A stretch of 64,000 bases of DNA, taken from Dimorphilus gyrociliatus. Its lineage: Eukaryota; Animalia; Annelida. The notes under the pieces were generated by a model. It saw only the letters and a program-made list of their open reading frames with translations. It ran no database searches and was not told the DNA's origin. Within the stretch, counting starts at the first letter, position 1, and the number at the start of each line of letters is the position of its first letter. A program made the translations under genes and the position numbers. Positions 26,455-37,493 of this stretch are shown piece by piece. The stretch covers positions 186,001 to 250,000 of the forward strand of contig CAJFCJ010000025.1 in the NCBI GenBank assembly GCA_904063045.1, written 5' to 3'.

Positions 26455-29309
26455 TTAACGTATTTTAGTAAAATCCATCATAACTTTCGAAGATAACTGC
26501 GGTTCGTTCTTTCGAGCTTTCTTGGGATCAACTGCGAAGCATTTCCATAATCTCAACGTTTCATCTGCACCAGCAGAAACCACAGTCTGCCCATCCGGAC
26601 TCATTGCAAGAGCTAAAATCCTTTGCGAATGACCCAATAATTCAACAAGAGGACTCATCGATGGATATTTCCAAATCGACAGATGATTCTTAGCGTATCT
26701 ATTTTCGATAAAACGAAAGAAAAAAAAAGGATTTATTACTAGAATTACGAATGTAAAGAGAAAAGAAAAGAGAAGCAAGTAACGAGAAGAATAAAAAATA
26801 CTTCGGAATAAAAAATAAACGTGCTCTTTTAACGAAAAAAAGACTGTTTTCATTAAATCTGAGTAAAAGTATTCAAATATGTAACTATTTAACTACATCT
26901 TATCCTATATATACTAACTAAAAGTAACTTAAGAGAGGAGAATAACTTATACATATAAAGAAGTATAAATGTCTTAAGATATACTCATACATTTATATAT
27001 ATATGCATAAGATTAATCTCTTCAAAGAAAACTAATTATCTAATAGACTTAATGCCTAAAAGACATACAAGCTTCTTCGTACGCGATTTACGTCTAGTAT
27101 GCTAAATTATAAATAAAAACGAAAACTGATATAAAGGCGAAGACAAGAGAAAAATCAGCAATTTCCTCACCCGTGACCACTTATAATTTCACGGTATTGG
27201 CTAGACCAGAGTAGTCCACACACTTGAGAGTTCGTATCGGTCGAATGTAAACAATCACCAGTTGTCACGTTCCACAAACGGATGGTCTTGTCGGCAGTAC
27301 CACCTCCTGATGCCAAAACATGCTCACGCCAAGGGCACCAAGCTAAAGCCTATTGAAATAGGATAAAAAAAAGTCTATTTTAAAAAATTCCACAAGTAAT
27401 GAAACAAGGATAGTAAAGGACCAAAGCAATTGTTAAATTTAATAAAGCATATTCAAATAGAAATATATATAAATTGATTAATCGACGATTCAATAATTAC
27501 TTACTTTTACAGCAGCCTGATGGAGTGAAAGAGTCTGAAGTGGTGCATTTTGAGTGAAACATTGCCCTCCTTGAGCCTCCCATATTAGTAGATTATTATC
27601 ATTACCGCCAGATGCCAAATATTGTTTGTTGCAGGACCATTTTAAACCGCAAACCTTTTTTGACAGAAAATATTTAATACACTATTTTAAGTGTCACTTA
27701 GGTTTTTTTAAGCATACAATTATTTTTTAAAGAAATTACTGTCGTAAAATTTAAATAATAACCTCTTGAGTATGAGCGTTTGTACTGCATACTTGATGGT
27801 TTCTAGACCTGACATCGTAATGATTGATTTGTCCACCACGACTGCCGCTGGAATGGGGTAAAAAGTCAAAGATAAAATCATATTTTTATCCATTTAACCT
27901 TATTATTTGGAGTAGCAAATAATCTAAATCCTTAAATTGTATACTAATCTCATCTAAAACCTATAACGGAAGAATAATTAGAGCATCTATTTACAATAGT
28001 ACTATAATTTTTTTTTTCTAAGTCTTATGGGATCAAGTAATAAATATTCTAAACAAGAAGTAAAATTCCCGTGGGACAACTTGGCTTTCCTATCTGTAAA
28101 TTGTAACGCGCGCATCTTAATTAAAGAATAGAGGAGGGAGAAAGTAACAAATTTCTCTTATTATTTCTTTTACCTAGAAATAATATATTTGTTCCATGAC
28201 AAACTTGGAATTCTTGAATTATGACCTTCCATTTTTCTGATTAGTCGACTAGTATTTGCATCCCAAAGTTGTACAATTCCATCACTTGTACCAACAGCTA
28301 AATAATCTGCTTCCTCCATCCAACTAACAGAACCCACGAAATCTCCTTCGTCTAAACTCATTAAACGCTCTATTCCACCAGTTGTTGCGTTCCATACATA
28401 AACATGACTGTTTAAACTAACTGCCATAAGATTTGAGCATGACCAATCCAAAATATTTAGATCTGTTAAAAGAAAAAACATAAATATATATCTACGTATA
28501 TATTAATTAATTAGGTGAATAAATATTTTATCTTTCTCGGGGAAAGTGCTCATTTATTTGCAAAGCTTTACCAACATTTTGTTACATGCAAGTCCGAAAA
28601 TTTAGCCTACAGCCTATTCACCCTGGGAATTGGTGACACGTATCTTTGCGAAATGTGACTTATATTTGCTGTACAAATATTCTTCTAAGGTTGCTAATTG
28701 ATCGGGGCAAACTTAATAGATTTCCAGGACACAATACTTACAATAGTCGTTTCGAATTTCTGGAGCGTCTAAAATACGTTCTGAGTTGCTAGGGATGTGA
28801 CGCTTGGTTGATGATTTAACACTGCTTGATCCGATTGTTGCACCTTGTAAGGATTTATCGATTGCTAAAAGTGGTGAAAGTAAATTGATAACAACTTTCA
28901 AGTGGAACCTATATGAATTATACAAACATTCAATCGGCTGGGGCGCCCTATCTCTAAAAGATAGGATTTTGGTATTAGGGTCAATGTTAAAATGGTCATT
29001 AATAATTTTTTGATTTTCTTGCTTCATAGGACTAAGTCCCTCGTTTGATAGACTTCTTTCCTGAAGAAGAAAGCTTGAAAGCTGGAAGTTGGTAGTGCTT
29101 CTATTAGGTATGAAACGGTCTCCACCCGGGGTTTTAGGAGTTTTAGGTTTTCCAGGTGTATTCGATTTTCCAGGAGTTTTAGGATTCTTTGACGGTGTTT
29201 TATTATTTGAATTACGTTTTGCTAATCTAGATTGCGGTACAGCTTGTTGAGCTGGTAGACTATCAAGTCGAAGAGTATCCATTTCTATCCTGTCAAATTT
29301 TAAAGGCAT
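26455..29309 (-). CDS. CDC20: APC/C activator CDC20/Fizzy (~483 aa; exons 29309-28928, 28864-28742, 28462-28174, 27847-27763, 27654-27505, 27349-27171, 26698-26455)
   Basis: C-box DRFIPNR, KILSF (KILR/MIM-like) motif, [30 protein letters not shown]40 repeats, C-terminal IR tail, and several N-terminal T-P CDK sites. All splice phases are consistent. RHIP..ERILDAP fits CDC20 rather than FZR1 (KIPFKVLDAP). Confidence 0.97.
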
Positions 29310-29894
29310 AAGTGATACATTATTAATAGTTTCAATCTAAATTTACATACTTTTGGCCAACAAGTCAACAGCAATAAAATATTAGAAAGCTGCAATTTAA
29401 AACCTCAAGCTTCCAACAGAGAGTTAAAAATGTACTGTCTTTTTGTTAATTTAAGGTTTAAATATAAACGTCGTCACTTTAAATTTGAATGGTTTTCCGC
29501 TTCCGGTAAAAGTTCCTACGAAGAATTTCAAAATGGCGGCTCGCTATTATTTTTTATTGACGGCCATTGCTATTCGCCAGTCAACTTTAGACGTAGTAAT
29601 TTTCTTTCTATATTATTAACGTTAAAAGTGATCGCCGGCTTTTACATGGTTCATAAATACTACAATAACCTTTCATCTCTGTTTTGAGTCCTGTCAACTG
29701 ACCAAGGTTTTAAAAAATAATTGCATATTTTTTTAGGTAAAATTATAATGTCAGTTAATTTTTCATAATAGAATACTTTAAAATATTTCACTTTATTCTC
29801 ATATTATCGTCTATTAAATTTACGCGGTAAAATTTCAGAATCGACACTCCTAGTCTCATTTCGATCATCAGTTATAATAAAATAAATATTGAGT
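29310..29894. promoter_or_regulatory. Putative bidirectional promoter between CDC20 and ORC4
   Basis: 585-bp gap between head-to-head start codons. Contains TTTAAA/TTTGAA (29478-29489), an ETS-like CTTCCGG (29500-29506), TTCAAA (CHR on the minus strand, 29527-29532) and a YY1-like AAAATGGCGG (29530-29539). Confidence 0.55.
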
Positions 29895-31660
29895 ATGTCC
29901 AGAAGAAGTCGCGATGCAAATCTTGCCGAGAAAGCAAAATCTCTCCTACTTGGTAGATTAGCCGGTCAAATCGATCATTCACCCCATTTCCTCTGTCCCG
30001 AGGGCTTCAAACATGAAAAAAATGAAAGGTAACTTTGATTATATTTCTATAAATTATATAAATTTAAGTAAACATGAATCTTGCGTTGAAAGAGTCCGAT
30101 CACGAATAGGAAAAAAAGAATTCCAATGTCATCGATATAAAAAAATATAAAGTTTTCTCCTATTCATATACAGCAAAGTAAAAAGTGCCGTTCCAGCTTG
30201 TAAAAGAATATATGACTCAATACAAAAAGTATTTTCAAACGAAAGCAGTTCTCTTATTCTAACTGGAATAAGAGGAATAGGAAAATCCTATGTAAGTTAA
30301 GTTATTTATCAATCTAAGGAGTTATGTTGACCATTCTTGTACTCTTAATGTCCATTCTAGTTAATAGATAAGGTTCTTAAGAGGCTGAAAGACGAAAGGA
30401 GACAATTTCGATTAGTTCGACTGAATGGTTGCATACAATCAGATGAAGTAGTCGCCAAAGTTGAAATAGACCGTCAACTCAACGAATACACCAATTCGCA
30501 TCCTTTGATAATAATTCTTGATGAATTTGAAAATTTTGCCACCGACAAACAGCACTTGTTATACAATTTATTCGATTCTTCAACTTCTTTTAATATGTAC
30601 GGTTCTGCCGTTTTTACTATAGGAATAACAACTCGTATGGTAAATATAAAACTTACATTTGTCTAAGATAAACAGTTATCATAAACTTTTTCATTTTAGA
30701 ATGTTATTGAATTATTAGAAAAACGAGTAAGATCAAGATTTTCTCATGAACAAGTACATCTTGAAAGTAAATCGTCACTAACGGAGTACATTCAAATGTA
30801 TATTTCATTTCTAACCCTTTATAAAGGAGATATTGATAATAAAGGATTTTTGAATAAATGGAATGATGCCGTAAAGGTAAGATTAAATAATGAATGATAA
30901 AAGATTGTTTATATCTCTCTTTACTTATTACAGAAGTCATTTACATACGGTTTTGTTAGGGAATATCTACAAGATTTATACTATCAACAAGTTGATATCA
31001 GAGAAATAGTTACCTTTTCAGTATATATCATTTTTAAACAAAAAGGTTAAAAATTATTGAAAATTTCTAATTCTAATTAGGACTGTTGCCTTCGTTTAAT
31101 GGGTTATAGAGAATTCTTTGACGAGGATCTTCTAAGAGAAGTTTGTTCAATTTACACGTTAAATTCTCAAAATTGTTTATTACAAGGTTTATTACATATT
31201 TCTCATTTCTGATACAATTTTATTTATTTGTTTATTATGTTTGCAGATCTAACTACACTTGAATTATCCATTCTTATTGCAGCTGATCGTATTTATAGCT
31301 TATTTGTTGGTGAACCATTCACATTTGAAATGGTTTTTAACGGTAAGCGATAGTTAATTTTACTTGTCTTATCGTATTTTTCGCTATTTTCGAACAATTT
31401 TAATAGAATATAAGAAATTCTTTTCAAAACATTCTTCTTTGGAAATGTTTGCCAAGTCTGTTGTATTAAAGTCTTACGAAAAACTGTTTGATCTGGAAAT
31501 ATTAACGATTGCCGATGGATCGACTGTAAACAATGTTCCAAAAGAATATCATCCAATGAAGCTCACCGTCCCTCACGAAGATATTGAACGAGTTGTTGCC
31601 GATTTAATTGATTGTCCAACGGAGGTTAAGCAATGGGTCAACTCTTTACCTACTCAATAA
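29895..31660 (+). CDS. ORC4: Origin recognition complex subunit 4 (~416 aa; exons 29895-30028, 30174-30291, 30361-30639, 30700-30876, 30934-31020, 31081-31186, 31247-31342, 31407-31660)
   Basis: Walker A GIRGIGKS, VRLNGCIQSD..EIDRQL, Walker B IIILDEF..Q.LLYNLFD, IELLEKRVRSRFSH, and a C-terminal winged-helix region (LTTLELSILIA..FTFEMVFNEYKKF). Splice phases are consistent. Confidence 0.95.
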
Positions 31661-31831
31661 TAATATATTATTTCTGCTTAGATAAACTGGTCGATAAGAT
31701 CTGATTAGTCTTTTATCGAGTTTTTATTTTTATTTTCCATTTAAATTTTGTTTCAAAGTAATAAAACAAACTAAGTAAAAACTACCAAGTGATAAACAAA
31801 CTTGTATAAACTAAATGTTAATAAGTTATCT

Positions 31832-32868
31832 TCACTGGGACTCTTCTTCGTTCGAAAGATTTTTCTCAATGTATTGAGCAAAGGTTTCAGCTTTATCTTC
31901 AAAATACTGGGCTACTTCTGTTAGATTTTCAACCTTCTTTTCGAGCTCTTCAATTTTTTCTCGTAGCTAAATGAAAGAGCTTATTACTAGTTTCTCATAA
32001 ATATCACCATATATATATGTACTTACAGTTTTATTCTCCTTTAAAATCTCTTCACGCTCTTTTTGCATATCATCGTTTTCTTCTGACGTTGCCTCCTTAA
32101 CTATATTTATTACACATCGAATTTATTATCTATATTAATAATTCTTTTCTCTTATTTGCCTGTCTTATAAATACTACAAACCTGTTTTAATCCATTCTTG
32201 CATGACTTCAATGTCATCATTTTTTGTTTCGGTATATTCTTCATCTAAATTTCAATCAAAGGTGATGAAAACAATCATCGAAACTATAAAATTATCCTTA
32301 CCTTTTGTTTTATCACTATTACTGACAACCATCTCGGTTTGGGTGGCAGTTTCTGAACAAGAAGTAAGTGAAAGTGGTAAATATTAGTTAATATAAGTTT
32401 AGTGTTATTCTCTTACCTGTCAATTCTAAAATATTTGTTTGACACTCTCCATCTATAAAATAGTACAAGTAATTTAATATTTAATAATATTAAGGAAATA
32501 TATTCGAAAAATACATATATTATTACCCTTATAGAATAAGAAGTAACTTTCAAACGAGATATGAAACAGCTTACCTTTCACCGGGTGAGCAACCGTTGTT
32601 TTTGCTTGTTTAGTTGCTTTCTTAGATTGAGCTTTGTCAGTTTTTGGACAATGTTTTTCGTTACCACTTATTTTTTGCTTTACAGGGTCCTACAATATAT
32701 AAAATATAGTTTATGCAATCTATATATAAAATTGAGAGCGGGAATGACTTGTTTACATAGACTGAAACTGTTAGAAGGCCTTACTTTTAATTTCTCCTGC
32801 TCCTTTTCATGTTTTTGAGCTTCAAATGTATTGTCGATAAACATCAAACCGCTTCGTTCTTTAGTCAT
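31832..32868 (-). CDS. 185-aa protein with a C-terminal coiled coil, tentatively geminin-like (exons 32868-32785, 32689-32575, 32452-32417, 32352-32302, 32244-32182, 32100-32027, 31966-31832)
   Basis: Seven GT-AG exons splice into one open frame ending ..EILKENKTLREKIEELEKKVENLTEVAQYFEDKAETFAQYIEKNLSNEEESQ*. The gene model is well supported; the family identity is weak. Confidence 0.75.
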
Positions 32869-33171
32869 TTCGCAAAATTTGAGGTTTGCAAATGAAATTA
32901 TTTTCAAGAGTTTTTAAACACGAGCTTCATAGATGGGTTACTCGTTGCATTCATATAATATCCTACCGTTTAAACGCGGGAACTAACAACCAAACGAATA
33001 AGAACCAATCAGGACAGCCGTTGTATAAATCACCCAATAAGAATAAAGCTTGGTAGGTAGATACATAAATCTTTGAAGTGCGAAACTTGTATTTTTAATA
33101 TCAAGGTCGTTTTAATCAACGTTAGTTTGTCGGTTTTTTAGAATTTCACTTAGATTTTTGCGCAAATCTTA
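32869..33171. promoter_or_regulatory. Putative bidirectional promoter between the coiled-coil gene and CD2BP2
   Basis: 303-bp head-to-head gap with an E2F-like CGCGGGAA (32975-32982) and two CCAAT boxes (33005-33009 in AACCAATCAG context, and 33034-33038). Confidence 0.5.
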
Positions 33172-34375
33172 ATGGAGAAGTCACTAAAGCGTAAAGTAGA
33201 GTTTGATGACAAAAATGAGGTGATAGATGAGTCTGAACCAGCAACTAGAAGATTCAAGGAAAACCATACTTTAGATTCAGACGACGAAGATAAGGATTGT
33301 AAGAATTATGATGTCTTAAATGAGGATGATATAGAAGGCCAAGAGTCGGACCCCGAAACTGGTTTTGACGGCGAAACCAAGTTAACACCGTTTAACATGA
33401 AAGAAGAACTTGAAGAAGGTCATTTCGACAAACAAGGCACCTATATTTTCGAGAAGGATAAAGAGGAAGTGAAAGACGCCTGGATGGATAATATAGATTG
33501 GGTTCGTGTGAAAGAAAGGGAAAAAAACACAATGGAGGAAGAAGATAATGATGAAGACGATTCTGACAACGAATTAGATAAAAGGAAAATTTTCACCGGA
33601 ATGCTAAAAATAATGAAACCGGGCGAAAATGTGTTGCAGGCTTTAAAAAGATTGGGCGGTAATTCACTCAATTCAGCTAGCGCACGTTGGTCAAAGAAAA
33701 AACCAAAAAAGACAACTGAAGAAAGTACAGCTAATAAAGAAGCATTATTGGAGCTAACTGGTTATGCTGATGAGGTAAGGATGTTTAATTTCAGCTCAAT
33801 GTCAATTATTAATATTTTTAACCTTATGAACCTTTCGAGTAAGACAGTTAAAAGGAAAATATCAATTATTTTCAAAGGTTAACCGCTATTTGCAACCCTT
33901 ATATTAACTGAACTTTTGGCCAAATAAACAATTAACAGATCTGTTTTAAGTTAAATTCCTTGTGTTTTATTCGTTATAGATGTTAACTGATGGGGAAACA
34001 GAAATATATCAATATACTTTTGAAAAGTTAACGCATTGCGTTAAAAGTCTGGAAGAGAAAATGATTGACAAACCGCTTCCAGATCCTCAGAAACCAGTTG
34101 ACGAAGATCTAGATATATTTGGTGACGAAATGTCTAATAATGAATCAAAGAGTATTGATACTGAAGAAAAGAAAGATAGCGACGACGAAAATGGTGTTAT
34201 GTGGGAGTACAAATGGAAGGAATCAGACACCGAATTAATCGGGCCGTTCTCTTCAAAGAAAATGCTTAACTGGTGTGAAAGTGGATTTTTTAAAGCAGGC
34301 GCGTTATGCAGAAAAGTTGGCTCTACTGGTGGATTTTATCCAACGTCACGGATTGACTTTGATATTTATGTGTGA
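33172..34375 (+). CDS. CD2BP2: CD2 antigen cytoplasmic tail-binding protein 2 / U5-52K (exons 33172-33774, 33980-34375)
   Basis: HTLDSDDED, TPFNMKEELEEGHFD..GTYIF, DAWMDNIDW, MKPGENVLQALKRLGG and LTGYADE/ML..G..IYQ, plus a C-terminal GYF domain MWEYKW..GPFSSKKMLNWCESGFF..FY..SRIDFDIY. Confidence 0.95.
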
Positions 34376-34776
34376 ACATTGCTTCTCTTTTGCATTTATA
34401 CAATGAATAAGAAAACCATACTATGGACTTTTCGGACTTGTCCTCTCTTATTTTCAAAGACTTCAGATTTTTTCCATTGTTTTTTGTTATCATATTTAAT
34501 GTAAATATGTTATTTTGTTACTAAAAGTAAACGTTGAAAAATATCATCTTTTCTCAATTTTTGCTCTTCCTCTTTTTCAATGATTAAATATAACATTGCA
34601 CTATGGATTAATTGGGCAAAATGTAAAAAATTCTCTTAAAAGTTACTAAGTTTGAAGTGTTAGCGAAATGAAACGAATTTTGATTGAGATAATACATTTA
34701 TTCAACAAAATATAGATATTACATGTTGAAATGGGAGGTAATTTTACTTAATTGATAGTTTGTAAATGGCTGATAT

Positions 34777-36635
34777 TTACTTGACAAGTAATTGTTCAGA
34801 ATTAAGGCCTGGACCCGTTGAAAATCCGAGATGTAAATTGAATATAGATCTTTCCAAATTACCGTATGATTGAACAAGCAGTGTCTCTTTACAACAGCAG
34901 CAAAAGCCATTTTCAATATTTTTAGCATCAAGTTCATTTAAACAGTTGGATTCGGTTTCAGTAGCAGACGTATCTTTAGTTACATTTCGACAAATACTTT
35001 GGTGTTCTTGTGAACAACATCCTGGATTGCACCGGAAGTTAAATCTTTCGTCCTTGTTGTAGAATCTATCTATGGTATATTTTATTGTTGACGGTAGACT
35101 GTTGAATGTTCCTGTTTCGTTCGTTTTGAGAGCTTGAGAAATAACTAGTGTGGCAGACAGGGAAGCGGCTATAGCTGTAACCCCGATCACATACGAAAGA
35201 GATATCGCTATCAAAACCTAGGAAGTACTTAGATAAGAACTATAATCTCTTTGACATTGTAAATAAATATACCTTGAACATTTCTGACGTAAAAGTACTT
35301 AAATATTTTGCCAAGTTGAAATTTTCTAAAATAACTGATAAATCGGTATAAGTCCAATAACCTCGATCTCTTCCTTGTTTACATGCAATTCTGTTACGAT
35401 AATCAAAGTTAACTATAATAGAATTTAAGTTAACTTAATACTTACAAATATTCTAGTTTGCTCAGAGTGTTGTAAAAGTCATCTCTTTCTATGAAAAGAT
35501 TCCAGTTAATTGCGGTTAGAAATTCTCTTTCCAAGTCATTAATTTCAGACGTTTCCAAATCTCCACTTTCAGCCCACTCGCCATTGAAAACAGCCTCATC
35601 TTGATCTTGGTCAAAAGAGTATTTCGAAGCAACCATCTTTACGAAAATATACAATACGTTAACTCTATATTATTAAAATAATTTGTTTTACCATCGAAAT
35701 GAGAAAGAGTTCAGAACCAGTGATTGACTTCAAGTATCCTTTGTTCGATTTTTTTAATCTTTCAATGTAGATCATTCCCAACATCATAGAACACGGTGAC
35801 ATACAGGCATCTCTCGAAATTTTTGAGGCATTAGCAATATCCAAGAATCCAAGAGTTTTTGGACATGTTTCCCGTAAAGCATCAACGAATATCTCTGTTA
35901 AGAAAAAGATTTATATATATATTAATAATCAGATAATGATATTTAACAGTTCATAAAAAAAGTAATAATTTTCTTTATTAATAAAATAAAACGTCAATAG
36001 GCAATATAATCTGTTAATAGGCTATTTGTGTTATCTAGAATTTCCACGATGATTTGAAAAAGCAAATAAATGTTCTTTCGTTTAGCGGTTGACACAATAG
36101 TGACCTTCTTTATTCAAATATGACAGATCATCAAATAGACGTATAATTTATTTTTCCTCTAACTAGAGCAAGCAAACAAACCAATATTCTCGGTCAGCAT
36201 AAGGCGCCTGTTTGACCGAATTAAAGACAGATAACCGCTTTTTCATATCAAAATACGGTAAACTATGAATGGAATCACCAACCTTCATAAGAATAACACT
36301 ACATGTGAAAATTGGTTATTCTACTCAATAAACTACATCTTATGCCATTTATACTTGCACGTTGAGTTCTCATGAAACAGAACTACTACGTACTAAACGT
36401 ATGAGGGGTATATAAATTGGGTCAAAAGTATTATTACCAGTCATAGGAAGGGAAGGTCGATCAGTCTTTGGCAGCTTTCCATAATATAACCGTTTTTTAA
36501 TTCTATTTCGAAACAATTCGTGTTCAACACCGTACTGAAAGAAAGGACGTCACGTTAATAAATTTGTCGACTGTATTGTTTTGTTAGATAAATCGGTGGT
36601 GAAATTTTACTTACTTTATCATTTAGAAAATCCAT
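34777..36635 (-). CDS. CNPPD1: Cyclin Pas1/PHO80 domain-containing protein 1 (exons 36635-36615, 36534-36438, 35894-35692, 35636-35446, 35390-35273, 35217-34777)
   Basis: RIKKRLYYG..DRPSLP, SRDACMSPCSMMLGMIYIERL, SELFLISMMVASKY, VFNGEWA..INDLEREFLTAINWNL and QG..RGYWTYTDL, followed by a TM segment. Phases are consistent. Confidence 0.93.
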
Positions 36636-37493
36636 CTTTATTGATTAGATTTTCTGTTTTTTGTAATTACTGAGATTTACAGGTAATATTTCTTTAATAC
36701 TTATTTACAATTTGTGGCGAAATGGCTGCCCTTAGTGTTCTTAACTGAGTCAAAATCTACAGATTAATTTGCCGATATGGATTTTACAAGAAATCAAAAT
36801 GGCGTCGTATACAATTTTACGCTCATTCATTTTTACTATGGAACAACAGTGCTTTTTGACGCGTTTCCACCACTACCGTAAAATAGAATTAATTTTAAGT
36901 GCGGTCCAGCAATATACGTCCTATTTATGAAATCTATCAAATATCCAGAAAAAATAACTAAAAATACTATTAACATACCACATTTTTACTTCTTTTTCAT
37001 ACTGTTTTTTTATACACACAAAGGCATTTTTTTACTTCTTAGTAGTTTCGTTTAAATACAGTAGGTATTAAGGTTACATTCGCGAGGAATGGAAATTAGT
37101 AGAACTATACAAGGAATATTTACTTCGCGCCATTTGAGAAGTATCCATTTCTTCTGTAAATTAATAAATAATTTATAATTTACTAAACGAAATTCAATAA
37201 GACAATGGTTTTAATTAGATCTCTGTTGATAATTACTTAAAGTTCTTTGTGACAAAGCGTGACTGAGAACAGAAGAACGAGACAAGGGTAAATTGATGGT
37301 TTGAACTCTCTTTGTTCGACCCTAAAACCAAGTTATTTATTAATTAAAAGTTATTTATGTATTTTATCTTAAGAAAAAACCTTTGCGACAAAATAACCAA
37401 GAACAAGTAAAAGTGTAAGAGCTAATGGTATCCCAAAAAATAAACTTAAATACATATTACTCTTTTTTTGTAATTTGACTTCAGCAACTGTTT

